From Candidatus Azobacteroides sp. (GTDB lineage Bacteria > Bacteroidota > Bacteroidia > Bacteroidales > WRGA01): 64,000 bases of DNA. Position 1 is the stretch's first letter. The number at the start of each line of letters is the position of its first letter. The notes beneath the pieces are model-generated. The model saw only the letters and a list, made by a program, of their open reading frames with translations. It was not told the origin of the DNA and did not search any database. Where the stretch lies: contig WRGA01000124.1 of the NCBI GenBank assembly GCA_009787405.1, positions 9,706 through 73,705 on the forward strand, written 5' to 3'. Shown in pieces: positions 62,128-64,000 of this stretch. The translations under genes were made by a program, and so were the position numbers.

Positions 62128-62631
62128 TTAAAGTGAATTTTCGACAAAAGTAAACAATTAACAATATCGTAAAAAAGGATGTTGATAATTCCTTGAAAAA
62201 CAACTGACATTATCCCGCATTTATTTTTGCGATTTGAAAACATACCTTATTTTGAAAAAAATCAATTCCATCCAAATTTCGACCTCAAATTTCGAGGTGA
62301 TTTTATAAACACCGGATTTCGCTTTTTTCAAAACAACAAGGCGAAAGAATTATCAATACCAAGAGTTATCACAAGGATGTTAATAAAATCTGTATAGTAT
62401 AGAATATCAAAACTTAATCGTATTTTTGCATGTCAATAAAATACCGGTAAAACGGATTCAAATGCTGATAAGTAAAAAAGCAAGTATTCGGATGGCTTTT
62501 TATTAACTGTTTCAACAATCTATTATCATATTCATACTTTATATTAAAACTCTTTACTTATAATATAAATATTATTCCGGGTTAAAATCCCGGTTGTTCG
62601 GATTATAGATGTACCGTAAAATCACATTAAA
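62128..62631. other. Probable replication origin (oriC)
   Basis: Cluster of TTATCAACA-like boxes (62180 rev, 62350, 62366, 62378 rev, 62463 rev, 62500, 62509), then a CTA-TTA-TCA trio-like tract and an AT-rich segment 62520-62576. Confidence 0.6.
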
Positions 62632-63621
62632 ATGAAAACCATTGATTTATCCGAAGGTTATGTCAAAGAGCCGATAGATAAGGCGATAGATTTGGAAGAA
62701 GAAATCAACCGCATGCGGAAAGAAAAAAATGCGGTGATTATGGCTCATTATTATCAAACAGGGGACATACAAGATATTGCCGATTTCGTGGGAGACAGCT
62801 TGGCGTTAGCACAACAAGCGGCAAAAACGGATGCAGACATTATTGTGCTTTGCGGCGTTCATTTTATGGGAGAAACGGCCAAAATCCTTTGCCCCGATAA
62901 AAAAGTAATCATCCCCGATTTAAATGCGGGATGTTCGTTGGCCGACAGTTGTCCGGCCGATGAATTTGAAAAATTCGTGAAAGCCCGGCCCGATCATACG
63001 GTCATTTCATACGTCAATACTTCCGCTGCGGTGAAAGCATTGACAGACGTAGTGGTTACTTCTTCAAATGCACGTCAGATTGTGGATAGTTTTCCCGAAA
63101 ATGAAAAGATCATCTTCGGTCCCGACCGAAACCTCGGGAATTATATAAACAGCATTACAGGCCGCAAAATGTTGCTGTGGGATGGCGCGTGTCATGTACA
63201 TGAGCAGTTCTCTCCGGAAAAAATATTGGAGTTGAAAAAACAATACCCCGACGCATTGGTATTGGCACATCCCGAATGTAAAAAAGTTGTTCTTATCCTT
63301 GCCGATTACATTGGTTCCACTGCTGCTTTGTTGAAATTTGCGGGGAAATCTTCTTGCAACCGCTTCATTGTGGCAACCGAATCAGGTATTATTCATGAAA
63401 TGAAAAAGCAAAATCTGGAAAAAGAATTTATCCCCGCACCGCCGAATGACAGCACTTGCGCATGCAATGATTGCAGTTTCATGCGTTTGAATACCATGAA
63501 AAAACTCTACAATTGTTTAAAATACGAACAACCCGAAATTACGGTTGACGAAGAAATACGAAAAAAAGCCGTAAATTCTATAAAGAGAATGTTGGAAATA
63601 TCGCAAAAGTCAGGATTGTAG
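62632..63621 (+). CDS. nadA: Quinolinate synthase
   Basis: AHYYQ, GDSL, CGVHFMGE, AGCSLA, YVNT, CHVH, AHPEC. Confidence 0.96.
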   Translation: MKTIDLSEGYVKEPIDKAIDLEEEINRMRKEKNAVIMAHYYQTGDIQDIADFVGDSLALAQQAAKTDADIIVLCGVHFMGETAKILCPDKKVIIPDLNAGCSLADSCPADEFEKFVKARPDHTVISYVNTSAAVKALTDVVVTSSNARQIVDSFPENEKIIFGPDRNLGNYINSITGRKMLLWDGACHVHEQFSPEKILELKKQYPDALVLAHPECKKVVLILADYIGSTAALLKFAGKSSCNRFIVATESGIIHEMKKQNLEKEFIPAPPNDSTCACNDCSFMRLNTMKKLYNCLKYEQPEITVDEEIRKKAVNSIKRMLEISQKSGL

Positions 63622-63823
63622 GTTTATAATAGTAATTTATCGTAATTAAATTATACTATACAAGTTACGATAAATAAAAAATAACGTTTGAATGCAAATT
63701 TATTTATAATAAACATTTTAATTTTAAGATAGTCATTAAAAGAGATACTTTGATATATGGACTGGGTAAATGGTATTTGACAACGGTTAAAATAAATGAA
63801 ACTGTTGATATAAACAATTGAAA

Positions 63824-64000
63824 ATGAAAATGAATATTTTAAAAAATAACTATTTATATTTATCCCTTGTCATTATTATTTACTTGGCGATAACCATAGT
63901 GAGTTTGAATCATTGTTATTTTTGGGATAATATACAACAGACTTCCAAAGAAGCACATTGGTATTATAATACTAATTTTTCCCATATTTTACTCCCCTCT
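63824..64000 (+). CDS. Membrane protein, possibly GT-C/ArnT-like (3'-truncated)
   Basis: Open frame MKMNILKNNYLYLSLVIIIYLAITIV...YFWDNIQQTSKEAHWYY to the window end. Confidence 0.5.
   Translation, partial: MKMNILKNNYLYLSLVIIIYLAITIVSLNHCYFWDNIQQTSKEAHWYYNTNFSHILLPS

Noticed and set aside
1-64000. tRNA, rRNA, prophage or transposase genes
   Set aside because: None recognised by eye; a short or divergent RNA gene could have been missed.

Overview
Chromosomal window from an anaerobic Bacteroidales bacterium. Support for this: TTTG-N20/21-TAnnTTTG promoters, a T9SS C-terminal domain, and DUF2723/DUF3078/DUF2795/DUF4294 genes. It is mostly housekeeping genes: clpB, leuS, HU, cdsA, ftsH, rsfS, queG, tatA, dsbD, mnmG-apt-uvrC-dtd, deoC, polA and nadA. 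It appears to be the origin-proximal region, with four perfect parS palindromes (34.4-40.7 kb) and a probable oriC between a TrmH-family gene and nadA (62.1-62.6 kb). Accessory content is a type II R-M pair, a complete HdrCBA-FlxDCBA electron-bifurcation cluster, a 4.4 kb gene-free region full of decayed repeats, and a ~140 bp MITE-like family (7 copies). The most notable observations are: (1) several normally Trp/aromatic conserved positions in unrelated genes are encoded by CGG, plus some Leu->CCG, which could reflect ambiguous decoding, C-to-U editing, directional mutation or an artefact; (2) three paralogous ~70 nt sRNA genes, each with its own promoter and terminator, one interrupted by a 97 bp MITE with a 5 bp target duplication; (3) a decayed Vsr/DUF559-like domain inserted in frame in LeuRS; (4) an octamer-repeat-flanked four-helix-bundle remnant inside the hdr/flx operon. 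All family assignments come from recognising motifs by eye; no searches were run.
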